NCBI GenBank assembly: GCA_003170115.1
Contig: PMZS01000372.1
Coordinates: 1-41,439 of the forward strand
DNA length: 41,439 nucleotides
Reading direction: 5' to 3'
Source: Spirochaetaceae bacterium
GTDB taxonomy: Bacteria; Spirochaetota; Spirochaetia; SZUA-6; Fen-1364
Both the position numbers and the translations under genes were made by a program. This document shows positions 9,887 to 18,980 of this stretch, one piece after another. Every line of letters begins with the position of its first letter. Position 1 is the first letter of the stretch. The notes below the pieces were generated by a model that searched no databases, was not told the DNA's origin, and saw nothing but the letters and a program-made list of their open reading frames with translations.

Positions 9887-10869
9887 CAGAGAAGCAGAAG
9901 AATCTTCGATTGTTCGTTCCAGTCTACGCAATTTTCTTCGTCATTTACCTCGTCGCCTGCATCATCGAGCCGACATTCTTCACGTGGGAAAACAACGTCA
10001 ACCTCTTCACCCGGATCACACCCCTGATCATCGTGGGCATTGCCCAGACACTCGTCATCCTCACCGGGGGGATCGACCTCTCTTTGGGTGCCAGCATCGG
10101 CCTGGCGAACGTCATCGCGGCAAGCCTTCCCTTCGTCAATTCGCCCGCGAATATCGCATTGTGGCTCCTTGTGCCCCCGCTCGTCGGACTGGGCGTGGGC
10201 CTTGTGAACGGGCTCATCATCACACGTGGCGGGTTCCCTCCGCTTATTGTCACACTCGCCGCTGGCGCAATCTGGAAGGGAGTGAGCCTGTTCGTCCTTC
10301 CCGAGCCAGGCGGAGAGGTCTCGCGGGGTGTGGCAGGTGCGCTCACGGGAACGCTTTTCAACTTCGTGCCGGTGCCGCTCGTTATTCTTCTCGTCGTGGT
10401 TTTTCTCTTCCAGATCGTTCTGAGACGAACCCAGTTCGGGCGCTCAGTCTACGCTGTTGGCGGGAACGAAACGATCGCAATCGAATCGGGGATTGCCGTG
10501 GACCGGGTCAAGATAGGCGTGTACGCCCTGAGCGGGATGCTGGGAGGAGTGGCGGGCATGTTCCTTTCGGGCTGGATGAACTCCGGAGACCCTCTCGTCG
10601 GTGAGCCCTATATCCTCAATTCCATTGCGGTTGCCGTTATCGGCGGCACGAGCCTTTCCGGCGGGACGGGCGGAGTCGTCGGTATAATCGGAGGGGCGTA
10701 CATTTTCCACCTTCTGAACAATATTCTGAACCTGCTTGCCGTCTCTACTTTCTATCAGTACGTCGCAAAGGGGCTTATCCTGATCGCCGCGCTCGCCGTC
10801 ACCTCAACGGGCGCGGGGATCAGGCTCGGCAGCATTTTCCGTAAGCGGCGAGAAGCGGAATCGGGGTGA
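9883..10869 (+). CDS. ABC transporter permease (BPD type 2, ribose/xylose-like)
   Basis: Multi-TM protein with GGIDLSLGA and AVGGNE motifs. ATG 9883 overlaps the ATPase stop (ATGA), with AGGGGAA upstream. ATG 9877 is also possible. The longer ORF from 9796 overlaps the ATPase. Confidence 0.85.
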   Translation: MTEKQKNLRLFVPVYAIFFVIYLVACIIEPTFFTWENNVNLFTRITPLIIVGIAQTLVILTGGIDLSLGASIGLANVIAASLPFVNSPANIALWLLVPPLVGLGVGLVNGLIITRGGFPPLIVTLAAGAIWKGVSLFVLPEPGGEVSRGVAGALTGTLFNFVPVPLVILLVVVFLFQIVLRRTQFGRSVYAVGGNETIAIESGIAVDRVKIGVYALSGMLGGVAGMFLSGWMNSGDPLVGEPYILNSIAVAVIGGTSLSGGTGGVVGIIGGAYIFHLLNNILNLLAVSTFYQYVAKGLILIAALAVTSTGAGIRLGSIFRKRREAESG

Positions 10870-10873
10870 AGGA

Positions 10874-11854
10874 ATGGAAAAGGCGAAGACACTCGCACCG
10901 CGGCATGAACTGGCGGACATGCTGTCGCGCAACGCAATCTTTTTTCTCCTGTTCCTCCTCGTTGTTGCCATGTTCGTCCTTGGGGAGATTGTTGCGCATG
11001 GATTCCTCTCCCTTTCTCACATCGGGGCGATCCTGCGCACCGCCTCGTTCCTCGGCATTGTCGCAATCGGGCAAACGCTTGTCGTGTTGTCGGGGGGTAT
11101 AGATCTGTCGGTGGGACCCATCATCACGATGGGAAACGTGTTCATCTGTATGTTCATGAACGGTCTCGATGCAAACAATGTCTGGTCCTTGTCCGCCATC
11201 ATTCTGCTCGGGCTGGCTTTCGGATCGATCAACGGCCTGGGAGTCACGTATCTGAGGATATCGCCGCTCGTGATGACCCTGGCCGTCGGGTCGCTCGTCA
11301 CGGGGCTTACCCTCATTTTCAGTCAGGGAGCGCCAAAAGGACTTGCGTCGCCTCTCCTGCGGGAGATCGGCGTGGGCAATCTCTTCAACCTGATCCCCGC
11401 CATCGTTGTAACCTGGGCGGTGTTGAGCGCCCTGGTCATTGCCCTTCTCGGTCGGTCCGTCTATGGAAGGAAGCTCTATTATGCGGGTGCAAACCTGAAA
11501 GCGGCGGCACTTTCGGGAATACGGGTCCGGCTGGTGAAGATCATTGCCTATGCCCTGGGCGGCGCATGTGCGGTTCTCTCCGGCACGCTCATGGCCGGTT
11601 ACACACGAGATGCTTTCCTGGGGATCGGAAACGAATACACAATGTGGTCAATCGCGGCCGTGGTAATCGGCGGAACCTCGCTCACAGGAGGGAAGGGTGG
11701 ATATGTCGGAACCATTGCCGGGGCCATCATTCTTGTGCTTCTCGAGAGTCTCCTCACGGTCATGAACATGCCCGAAGCAGGACGGAGAATTGCCAACGGC
11801 CTGATCATACTCATCATGATCAGCATCTATTTCAGGAAACGCAACCGGGGCTGA
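10874..11854 (+). CDS. ABC transporter permease (second membrane subunit)
   Basis: GGIDLSVGP, YAGANLKAAALSGI and IGGTSLTGGKG motifs. Starts 4 nt after the previous stop. Confidence 0.85.
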   Translation: MEKAKTLAPRHELADMLSRNAIFFLLFLLVVAMFVLGEIVAHGFLSLSHIGAILRTASFLGIVAIGQTLVVLSGGIDLSVGPIITMGNVFICMFMNGLDANNVWSLSAIILLGLAFGSINGLGVTYLRISPLVMTLAVGSLVTGLTLIFSQGAPKGLASPLLREIGVGNLFNLIPAIVVTWAVLSALVIALLGRSVYGRKLYYAGANLKAAALSGIRVRLVKIIAYALGGACAVLSGTLMAGYTRDAFLGIGNEYTMWSIAAVVIGGTSLTGGKGGYVGTIAGAIILVLLESLLTVMNMPEAGRRIANGLIILIMISIYFRKRNRG

Positions 11855-11864
11855 GAGGAATACC

Positions 11865-12842
11865 ATGGCACACAACAAGATCGTTTTCACTGACTATTAT
11901 TATCCCGATATCGAGCAGGAGAAGAAGATTCTGAGTGCGCTGGATGGGGCCGAGCTGGTGGATTGTACAAAGCTCGTTTCCGGGGGCGTAAAGGATGAAG
12001 ACCGCGTTCTCGAATACGCGGCGGACGCGGATGCGCTCATCGTGCAATTCGCGAAGATTACTGGAAAAGTGATCAAAGGGCTGAAGAAATGCCGGATCAT
12101 CAGCCGTTATGCCATCGGAGTGGACACGATCGACGTAGAAGCAGCCCGGGAGAAAGGGATCATTGTATCGAACGTCCCCGACTATTGTGTCGAGGAAGTC
12201 TCAGACACGGCGATGGCCCACATACTGAATTGTGTCAGAAAAGTGACGCGCGCGCATGACCTGCTTCACGAGGGAGCGTGGGCGTACGCAAAGATCAAGC
12301 CCATTCGCCGGTTCGCGGACCTCACCATTGGCCTTGTCGCATTCGGGCACATAGCGAGACGTGTCGCGGAAAAGCTCAGGCCTTTCGGCAACCAGATCCT
12401 TGCCTGCGATCCATACTTCTCTGACAAGGCCAGGTATCCCTGGGTGGACTTCCTTTCCATGGATGAAGTTCTCCGGCGCTCGGATGTCATTTCCATCCAC
12501 GCTCCGTTGACGAAAGATACCTACCACCTTATTGACCGGACCCGGCTCTCAATGGTACGGAAAGGGACTATAGTCGTGAACACCAGTCGCGGTGGGCTTA
12601 TCGACGAGGCCGCGCTGGCTGAAGCGATCGATGAGGGAAGGGTCCTGGCGGCGGGGCTTGATGTCCTTGAGTTCGCGGATGAGGACTACGGGAAATCAAT
12701 TCTTACAAAGTACCCCGATCGGGTGTTCATTACGCCGCACATGGGCTGGTATTCGGAGGAGGCAATCCTGGATCTCCAGCGAAAGACTGCCATGAACGTT
12801 TTTGAAATGTTGACGAACGGCAAGCCTGTCTACCAGGTGTGA
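11865..12842 (+). CDS. D-isomer-specific 2-hydroxyacid dehydrogenase family protein
   Basis: NAD-binding segment GLVAFGHIARRVAEKL, SIHAPLT, NTSRGGLIDE, and ITPHMGWYSEEA catalytic His region. Confidence 0.85.
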   Translation: MAHNKIVFTDYYYPDIEQEKKILSALDGAELVDCTKLVSGGVKDEDRVLEYAADADALIVQFAKITGKVIKGLKKCRIISRYAIGVDTIDVEAAREKGIIVSNVPDYCVEEVSDTAMAHILNCVRKVTRAHDLLHEGAWAYAKIKPIRRFADLTIGLVAFGHIARRVAEKLRPFGNQILACDPYFSDKARYPWVDFLSMDEVLRRSDVISIHAPLTKDTYHLIDRTRLSMVRKGTIVVNTSRGGLIDEAALAEAIDEGRVLAAGLDVLEFADEDYGKSILTKYPDRVFITPHMGWYSEEAILDLQRKTAMNVFEMLTNGKPVYQV

Positions 12843-12855
12843 GAGGAAAATAAAA

Positions 12856-13707
12856 ATGGCTTTGCTGGATGGAAAGACTGCCGTCATCACCGGCGCGACC
12901 AAAGGCATAGGCCGCGGGATCGCCATCGAACTGGCTCGTGAAGGCGCCAGGGTGCTCATCAATCATCGGGGGGGCAGCGTTGATTCCCGAGCAACCGAGA
13001 ACGAGCAGGAGACGTTGAAGCTGATACGGGAGGCGGGAGGCCAGCGGCCCCTTGTCTGTGAGGGGGACCTGACTCGGGAGCAGGACGCAATCCATCTTGC
13101 AGATGTCGCGCGGGAGGCATTTCGCAGGGTGGATATCTGGGTCAATAACGTCGGCAGGCACAACGTGACCCCCGCGCTCCACCAATCGATGGAGGAGTGG
13201 GAATACCTCTTTCGCCTCAATACCACAAGTACCTTCGTTGGCTGCCGAGAGGCCGCGAGGATCATGCTGTCTGCGGGCGGCGGAGCCATTATCAACATCG
13301 CCTCCAAGATGGGAACGGTGGGGTCGGCTGATAACGCCTGCTATTGCGCGGCCAAAGCCGCGGTGATCATGATGACACGATGCCTGGCCGCAGAATGGGC
13401 TTCGAGCGGGATTCGCGTGAACGCGATCGCCCCGGGTGTTACTCTTACCGATCCGACCTATGCCGTCATCGAGGGGAAGCCCGCCTTGGAAGCGGCCCTT
13501 CACTATCGAACGCCGCTCGGCCGCTTCGCCGAGCCCTCGGAAATCGGGAAGACAGCGGTCTTTCTGGCCTCCGGATTGTCGAGCTACATCACTGGTGCGG
13601 TCATCGCCTGCGATGGCGGATGGACAGGGCATGGTGACTTTGCAGGCATTCCCCCGGAAAAGATCGAGGATTGGAAAAAAGATTTCCCGCGCGTCCGAGG
13701 GAAATGA
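12856..13707 (+). CDS. SDR family oxidoreductase
   Basis: TGATKGIGRGIA, NNVG and YCAAKAAV motifs. Confidence 0.9.
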   Translation: MALLDGKTAVITGATKGIGRGIAIELAREGARVLINHRGGSVDSRATENEQETLKLIREAGGQRPLVCEGDLTREQDAIHLADVAREAFRRVDIWVNNVGRHNVTPALHQSMEEWEYLFRLNTTSTFVGCREAARIMLSAGGGAIINIASKMGTVGSADNACYCAAKAAVIMMTRCLAAEWASSGIRVNAIAPGVTLTDPTYAVIEGKPALEAALHYRTPLGRFAEPSEIGKTAVFLASGLSSYITGAVIACDGGWTGHGDFAGIPPEKIEDWKKDFPRVRGK

Positions 13708-13726
13708 AAGGGGCGAAGGAGACGAG

Positions 13727-14689
13727 ATGTCAGTACTGATTACCGGCGGGTGCGGGCTGATAGGATCTACACTGGCCAGGATGCTCGTCGATCGGGGGGA
13801 GCAGGTCTGGGTCTTCGATCGACAGATATCTTCGAGCAGACTGTCCGGCATCGAGGGCCGAGTGAAAACAATCCGGGGCGATTTGGGAAATTTCTCTCAT
13901 GTGCTGGAAGCTGTAAAGGACAGCGCGCCAACCGTCATCTTTCATCTGGGCGCGATGCTTTCCATTCCCGCGAACGCCGACCCGCCCGGCGCGTTCTCGA
14001 CGAACGTTGACGGCACCTTCCATGTTCTGGAAGCAGCGCGCCTTTTCGGCTCAGCCAGGGTTGTCTTCACGAGCACCACCGCCACATACGGCTTGGATAT
14101 CACGGGAAAGGTGATCGACGACTGCACTCTGCAAAGGCCGACGACGCTCTATGGTACCACCAAGGTGTTCGGCGAGCTGCTCGGCCGGTTTTACCGGACC
14201 CGCTACGGCGTCGATTTCAGGGCCGTGCGGTTTCCTTCGATTGTCGGCCCGGGTGCCACGGTTGAGCATGTTTCGATCTACAACTCCTGGGCCGTTGAAA
14301 AGGCGGTTCTTGGCGAGCCTTACGACATTTTCGTCGAACCGAACATCAAGTGCCCCGTGCTCTACTTCAAGGACGCGGCACGATCGCTCCTCGTCCTTGC
14401 GGCTGCCCAGAAGGAAACCGTGCAGGCTGTGTGCTACACGCTCGCCGGCATCGATCCGATGCCCTCTGCCGGCGAGCTTGCCGCCGCCATCAATGAACGA
14501 TTCCCTCAGGCTGCCCTCGGATTTTCGCCGAAGGCTTTTCCCATGGAGTACCATTCCAAGCTCCAAGGCCTGACCTTCGACGACCGCAGCGCACGGCGCG
14601 AGTGGGGTTGGAAGCCGGAATACACGCTCAAGAGCATGATTGCGGACTTCGCAACGGAATTCACGGCCCACCCTGAAAGATACCGGTAG
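13727..14689 (+). CDS. NAD-dependent epimerase/dehydratase (extended SDR)
   Basis: Starts at MSVLITGGCGLIGSTLARML (ATG 13727, AAGGAG at 13714-13719). YGTTK catalytic motif. The upstream part of ORF 13436..14689 overlaps the preceding SDR and is rejected. Confidence 0.85.
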   Translation: MSVLITGGCGLIGSTLARMLVDRGEQVWVFDRQISSSRLSGIEGRVKTIRGDLGNFSHVLEAVKDSAPTVIFHLGAMLSIPANADPPGAFSTNVDGTFHVLEAARLFGSARVVFTSTTATYGLDITGKVIDDCTLQRPTTLYGTTKVFGELLGRFYRTRYGVDFRAVRFPSIVGPGATVEHVSIYNSWAVEKAVLGEPYDIFVEPNIKCPVLYFKDAARSLLVLAAAQKETVQAVCYTLAGIDPMPSAGELAAAINERFPQAALGFSPKAFPMEYHSKLQGLTFDDRSARREWGWKPEYTLKSMIADFATEFTAHPERYR

Positions 14690-14778
14690 GGAATACCCTG
14701 AAGGTCACCGTACGAACGCTCGCTCGCCTCGACCTCGCTTACAGCATTGCACGCCTGCCGGCCGCGGAGAGCGCTGAT

Positions 14779-15753
14779 TTGCCGGCCATTGCCGCCGGAA
14801 GCGAAGGTGACGGGCCGTTGCTCCTGTTCAGACCCCCTGAATACAGGCCGGAGACAATTGCTGAAGGACCGGGGGGCTTCATCAGCCTGTGCCAGCTGCA
14901 GTGGGCCGGGCGGCTCTTCCTCGCGGCTTCGACTGGCTTCAAGCCGGTGTTCCAGGCCGAGGAGTGCAGGTTGGCGGCGTATCCGCTGGATCGAGGAGAA
15001 ATGCCCGGTCCACTCGACATCTGCCCCCTTCCATACACCCACCGGATAGCCTCGTTCCACTTCGGCGGGAAAGCGCATCTGCTCGCCTCCACGCTCTGCG
15101 CCGGGAAGGCTTCCCAGGATGACTGGAGCAAGCCTGGCGGAGTCCACCTTGCAGATGTGCCGGCTTCCCCTGCCCAGGGGGAAGCGGCTTGGAGGTTCCA
15201 ACTCATCTGCAAGGGGCTGAGCAAGAACCACGGCATGGATGAGGCCGTGCTCCATCGCGGCAGGAGAGGCTTCCTGCTTTCGGCGCACGAGGGACTGTTC
15301 TTCCTCGGCGCGCCCGGCGGGAAGGCTGGCAGTTGGACACGTGAAACTATCTCTCCAGGAGAGCATAGTGACGCTTTTTCCTTCCCATGGGATGACCCCG
15401 CCGACCCCCAGGTCTTCTCTCTGAGTCCATTCCACGGAAACGTCCTGAGCCGGCACCGACGTACCGCGGACGGGTGGTCGCGCGAAACCCTGGACGATAC
15501 AATCGACTTCGGCCACGTGCTATGGGCGGGCATGGTTCTCGGCAGACAAGGCCTTCTAGTGGGAGGGCGTCGGGGCCGGAAGCAACTCGCGATCTACCGT
15601 CGCGGCGATGGAAACCGTTTCGAGAAAGAGCTCATTGATGAGGGCGTGGGCCCTACTCAGGTCACCGTGATTGAGCGGGGAAGAGGGGAAGCGCTCATCT
15701 TTGTTGCCGCGCACGCGAGGGGCGAGGTCGTTGAGTACACGCTGGGCGAGTAA
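14779..15753 (+). CDS. Hypothetical protein (no family recognised; start uncertain)
   Basis: 324-codon ORF with GC-rich third positions, co-directional and tightly packed with neighbours. Its stop overlaps the next ORF. The only canonical start is TTG 14779, but the frame is open and protein-like from 14677. Confidence 0.5.
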   Translation: MPAIAAGSEGDGPLLLFRPPEYRPETIAEGPGGFISLCQLQWAGRLFLAASTGFKPVFQAEECRLAAYPLDRGEMPGPLDICPLPYTHRIASFHFGGKAHLLASTLCAGKASQDDWSKPGGVHLADVPASPAQGEAAWRFQLICKGLSKNHGMDEAVLHRGRRGFLLSAHEGLFFLGAPGGKAGSWTRETISPGEHSDAFSFPWDDPADPQVFSLSPFHGNVLSRHRRTADGWSRETLDDTIDFGHVLWAGMVLGRQGLLVGGRRGRKQLAIYRRGDGNRFEKELIDEGVGPTQVTVIERGRGEALIFVAAHARGEVVEYTLGE

Positions 15754-15818
15754 TGGCCTTCCCGCGTGGATCGATTATACTCTTCAATAGGTCACCGACC
15801 AATCGGAGGAAATGCTCC

Positions 15819-16307
15819 ATGCCAAGAACAATCGTTGTGTTCGTCACAAGGGACGGTCATTCCAGGGTGCTTGCAGCCGAAATTGGAAAGCGGCTCAGCG
15901 CTCCTGTGTACGAGATCGGTGATCTCGTCAAGAGGAAAGGGTTTGTCGGATACATGCGAAGCGGTGCCCAGGCCTGGAAAAAGATGGCCACACCAATCGA
16001 GGATCCGGGCGTCAAGCTTGAAGGCGTGAAGTTTGTCGTGCTCGTGCAGCCCATCTGGGCCTCGGCGATCTGCCCTCCGATCCGAACCTGGCTCTCCATC
16101 CATCGGGGTGAGCTCGGCGGGGTGAGACTCGCGCTGCTCGCCTCGAACTTCGGTTCGCCACCTGCCCGGCTCCGGGCCAACTACGACGCTGAGTTCAGCG
16201 AAGTCTTCGGACCTCTCGCGGCCTTCGCAGTCCTGGCCCAGAGACTCGGTGAGCGCGAGCGCTCGAAGATCATCAGCGATTTTGCAGCCGCCCTCGAACG
16301 AGCGTGA
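15819..16307 (+). CDS. Flavodoxin-like fold protein
   Basis: MPRTIVVFVTRDGHSRVLAAEIGKRL N-terminus is typical of flavodoxin-like proteins. ATG 15819 is preceded by GGAGGA (15804-15809). Confidence 0.55.
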   Translation: MPRTIVVFVTRDGHSRVLAAEIGKRLSAPVYEIGDLVKRKGFVGYMRSGAQAWKKMATPIEDPGVKLEGVKFVVLVQPIWASAICPPIRTWLSIHRGELGGVRLALLASNFGSPPARLRANYDAEFSEVFGPLAAFAVLAQRLGERERSKIISDFAAALERA

Positions 16308-16719
16308 GGGAGATTAAGCCCTTCCGGGCCCATGCTGTCGGTCGGAGCTGCGGACCGTTTCTTCTTCACCACAGCCTCGCTTCGGGCGCTCTGACGGAGG
16401 ATCTCTACTTCAATGCCTGGGACCTCCGATTTAGGGCTAGTGTCGCTTAACGCGCTGTGGTTACAGGAATCGAAGGCACCGCCGAAAGAGCAAGAGGGCG
16501 TACCTATCATTGTGAGGCCGCTGCAATACTGATTCTTGAGCAAGCTTTTATGGGAGGGGCATCGATGGCACGCAGTCCTTCGAGGACGCCAGAATGCAAG
16601 TTACCGGCGTGCTCAGTGGCTTCCGCGAAGGCACGAGACAACACGCGACTTGTGCCGCCGCGGCTTTGCGGAGTACAGTGCGGATTGTGTCAAATCGATC
16701 CTTGAGAACTGCCTCGTCG

Positions 16720-18063
16720 ATGCCGGATGAGATCCAAACGATCATCCTCGACTCGATCACGGAAGGCGTATTCACTGTCGACAAGAGTTTCCGGATCACC
16801 TCCTTCAACAACGCAGCAGAAAAAATCACCGGCACTCCGCGGGCGCGAGCCATCGGCATGCCCTGCAGGGAGATTCTCCGGGCCAGTATTTGCGAGGGGC
16901 GCTGCGCCTTGCACCAGACCATGCGGTCCGGAAAGCCAGTGCTTGGGAAGAACGTGGTGATACTCGATGCTGCAGGGACCCGGAGATCCATCAGCATCAC
17001 CACCGCAATCCTGCGCGGATGCGAAGGAGAGATCGTGGGTGGGGTGGAGACCTTCCGTGACCTTACGATGATCGACACCTTGCGCAAGGAGATCGAGCGG
17101 GAGTACAGCTTCGAGGATATCATCAGCCGCAGCCATCGCATGCGAACGCTTTTCGATATCCTTCCCGACGTGGCCCGCTCAGGAAGTACCGTCCTCCTGG
17201 AAGGTGAGAGTGGGACCGGGAAGGAGTTGTTCGCCCGCGCGCTGCATTCCCTCAGCCCGCGGAAGAGGAAGCCATTTGTGGCCGTCAATTGTGCGGCGCT
17301 TCCTGACACCCTGCTCGAGTCGGAATTGTTCGGTCACACGGCGGGTGCCTTTACGGATGCTCGAAAGGACACCCCCGGGCGCTTTGCCCGCGCGGAGGGG
17401 GGCACGTTGTTCCTTGACGAGATCGGCGACATTTCACCGGCCTTGCAGGTCCGCCTGCTGCGCGTCCTGCAGGAAAGATCCTACGAACCACTGGGGTCCG
17501 TGGCGCCCGTCAGCGCCGACGTAAGAATAGTCGCCGCGACGAACAAGAGCCTCGAGGGGCTGGTTCGGGCGGGCACTTTCCGAGAGGACCTTTACTACAG
17601 AATCAATGTCGTGTGCCTGTCCCTCCCTCCGCTGCGCGACCGCATGGAAAATATCCCGCTTCTCGTGGAGCATTTCATCGCGAAGCTGAACCGGATCCAG
17701 GACCGAGACATTGCAGGCATGACCGACGAAGCGTTAACGTGCCTCATGGAGTACCGGTTTCCCGGAAATGTGCGGGAGCTTGAGAATATCATTGAACGTG
17801 CTTTCATCCTCTGCAGGGGCGGGGAGATCGACAGGCACCATTTGCCGGCGCCGCTATGCGGAGATAAACAGGAGCACCACCTCACTGAGCAGGGCAGCCA
17901 CCGCAGTTTCAGTCACATGGAAGCGTCGTTCGTCATTAACGCGCTCAGGCGCAACAACTGGAGCAGGAGCCGGACAGCGATGGAACTAGGCATCCACAAG
18001 ACGACGCTGTTTCGCAAGATGAAAGCACTCGGAATCTCGGAGGAGAGTCGATCGGGCGAATGA
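16720..18063 (+). CDS. Sigma-54-dependent transcriptional activator (PAS sensor - AAA+ - Fis-type HTH)
   Basis: PAS-like N-terminus with Cys/His cluster [20 protein letters not shown]+ core GESGTGKE, a GAFTDA variant of GAFTGA, and LFLDEIGD. C-terminal [23 protein letters not shown]. Alternative start ATG 16594 (GAGGA 7 nt upstream) adds 42 low-complexity residues. Confidence 0.9.
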   Translation: MPDEIQTIILDSITEGVFTVDKSFRITSFNNAAEKITGTPRARAIGMPCREILRASICEGRCALHQTMRSGKPVLGKNVVILDAAGTRRSISITTAILRGCEGEIVGGVETFRDLTMIDTLRKEIEREYSFEDIISRSHRMRTLFDILPDVARSGSTVLLEGESGTGKELFARALHSLSPRKRKPFVAVNCAALPDTLLESELFGHTAGAFTDARKDTPGRFARAEGGTLFLDEIGDISPALQVRLLRVLQERSYEPLGSVAPVSADVRIVAATNKSLEGLVRAGTFREDLYYRINVVCLSLPPLRDRMENIPLLVEHFIAKLNRIQDRDIAGMTDEALTCLMEYRFPGNVRELENIIERAFILCRGGEIDRHHLPAPLCGDKQEHHLTEQGSHRSFSHMEASFVINALRRNNWSRSRTAMELGIHKTTLFRKMKALGISEESRSGE

Positions 18064-18084
18064 TCTGATTGCATGGCAACCGTA

Positions 18085-18131
18085 GCATTTTTGCAATTTT
18101 CTCACGGCAAATAGAGTGCAAAAATGCACTC
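18085..18131 (+). promoter_or_regulatory. Pair of inverted GCA-T4/A4-TGC sites: candidate upstream activator sequences
   Basis: agcatttttgca (18084-18095). Perfect inverted repeat gagtgca-aaaa-tgcactc (18114-18131). The two sites are reverse complements of each other, about 32 bp apart and about 90-140 bp upstream of the sigma-54 promoter. Confidence 0.4.
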
Positions 18132-18213
18132 CTAAGTATTCCATTTTTGAAATAGGCGTGATCTAATGTTTTATGAAGTAAGAAATTAGTCTTATTTCCA
18201 ATTCTCCGAACTC

Positions 18214-18229
18214 TGGCATGCTTCATGCA
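18214..18229 (+). promoter_or_regulatory. Sigma-54 (-24/-12) promoter
   Basis: TGGCAT-gcttc-ATGCA matches TGGCAC-N5-TTGCA, with GG (18215-18216) and GC (18227-18228) at the canonical spacing. It lies immediately downstream of a sigma-54 activator gene. Confidence 0.55.
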
Positions 18230-18243
18230 TCAATATATGAAGG

Positions 18244-18639
18244 ATGAGCCGAACAGCGATCGCGGCCTGGCAAGGATTCGTTGCAACGACCCTCGACTTT
18301 GCCCGGACTTTTTTCCTTGTTGATGTCGTCCACGGGCAGGTAAAGGCAAAAAGAGAAATCAGGCTTACAAACGCTTCTCTGCAGGCGATCGCCCACACCC
18401 TGGAGATCGCCGGCGCCCAGGCTGTCGTCTGCGGCGCAATCTCAGCGCCCCTTTGGAATGCCGTGGAAGCGCGCGGCATCAGGATCATCCCGTTCGTCCA
18501 CGGCGATGTCAACGAAGTCATCCAGGGATGCCTGGAAGGCACGCTCAGGGAGGAGAGGTTTCATATGGCAGGCTGCCGTCCGGGAGGGCACGGGTCAGGG
18601 AGATGCCGTCGCAGAAAATCCGGACCGTGCTGCGGATGA
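18244..18639 (+). CDS. NifB/NifX-family (dinitrogenase iron-molybdenum cofactor biosynthesis domain) protein with Cys-rich tail
   Basis: Domain-like core FFLVDVVHGQV...GAQAVVCGAISAPLWNAVEARGIRIIPFVHGDVNEVIQGCLEGTL. C-terminal GCRPGGHGSGRCRRRKSGPCCG. Confidence 0.7.
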   Translation: MSRTAIAAWQGFVATTLDFARTFFLVDVVHGQVKAKREIRLTNASLQAIAHTLEIAGAQAVVCGAISAPLWNAVEARGIRIIPFVHGDVNEVIQGCLEGTLREERFHMAGCRPGGHGSGRCRRRKSGPCCG

Positions 18640-18676
18640 CCACATCAGCGCCGGAAAAAGAGCGAGGAGGTTCCAT

Positions 18677-18952
18677 ATGTCGCGAGGTAATGGAATGGGT
18701 CCGAATGGAATGGGGCCGATGAGTGGAAGGGCTGGCGGGAATTGCATGGGCTTTTTCGGCCGCAATCGAGGCCGTGGCAACGGGAATATGTTCTTCGCGA
18801 CCGGACGTACCGGCTGGCAGCGGTGGGCTCCCGAGCAGGAGCTTGCCTTCCTGCGCAATCAAAGCAAGGACCTGGAGGAACGTCTTCAGAAGACCCGCGA
18901 GCGGATCGCGAAGTTGGAAATGGATCCGCCTGGCTCGTGTCGGCCATCCTGA
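18677..18952 (+). CDS. DUF5320-family small protein
   Basis: MSRGNGMGPNGMGPMSGRAGGNCMGF N-terminus plus a coiled-coil tail (EQELAFLRNQSKDLEERLQKTRERIAKLE) is typical of DUF5320. GAGGAGG lies 6 nt upstream of ATG 18677. Confidence 0.7.
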   Translation: MSRGNGMGPNGMGPMSGRAGGNCMGFFGRNRGRGNGNMFFATGRTGWQRWAPEQELAFLRNQSKDLEERLQKTRERIAKLEMDPPGSCRPS

Positions 18953-18980
18953 CAGGAACCCTTCGCACAGGAGACAATCA

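Noticed and set aside
16308-16719. 412-nt gap before the sigma-54 activator examined for an RNA gene, promoter or sigma-54 site (for example gaTGGCACgcagtCCTT at about 16564).
   Set aside because: Only a weak hairpin plus T-rich tract (16339-16367), possibly terminating the sugar island, was seen. The TGGCAC has no -12 TTGC/GC partner. No tRNA-like or known riboswitch features were recognised. Part of the gap may be coding if the activator starts at 16594.
18105-18120. Second sigma-54-like motif cGGCAa-atagag-TGCA upstream of the NifX-like cluster.
   Set aside because: It is a weaker match (no T before GG, GTGCA at -12), and its -12 element is simply one arm of the 18114-18131 palindrome. 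The TGGCAT-N5-ATGCA site at 18214-18229 is closer to consensus. I keep it only as an alternative because of the short-leader problem.
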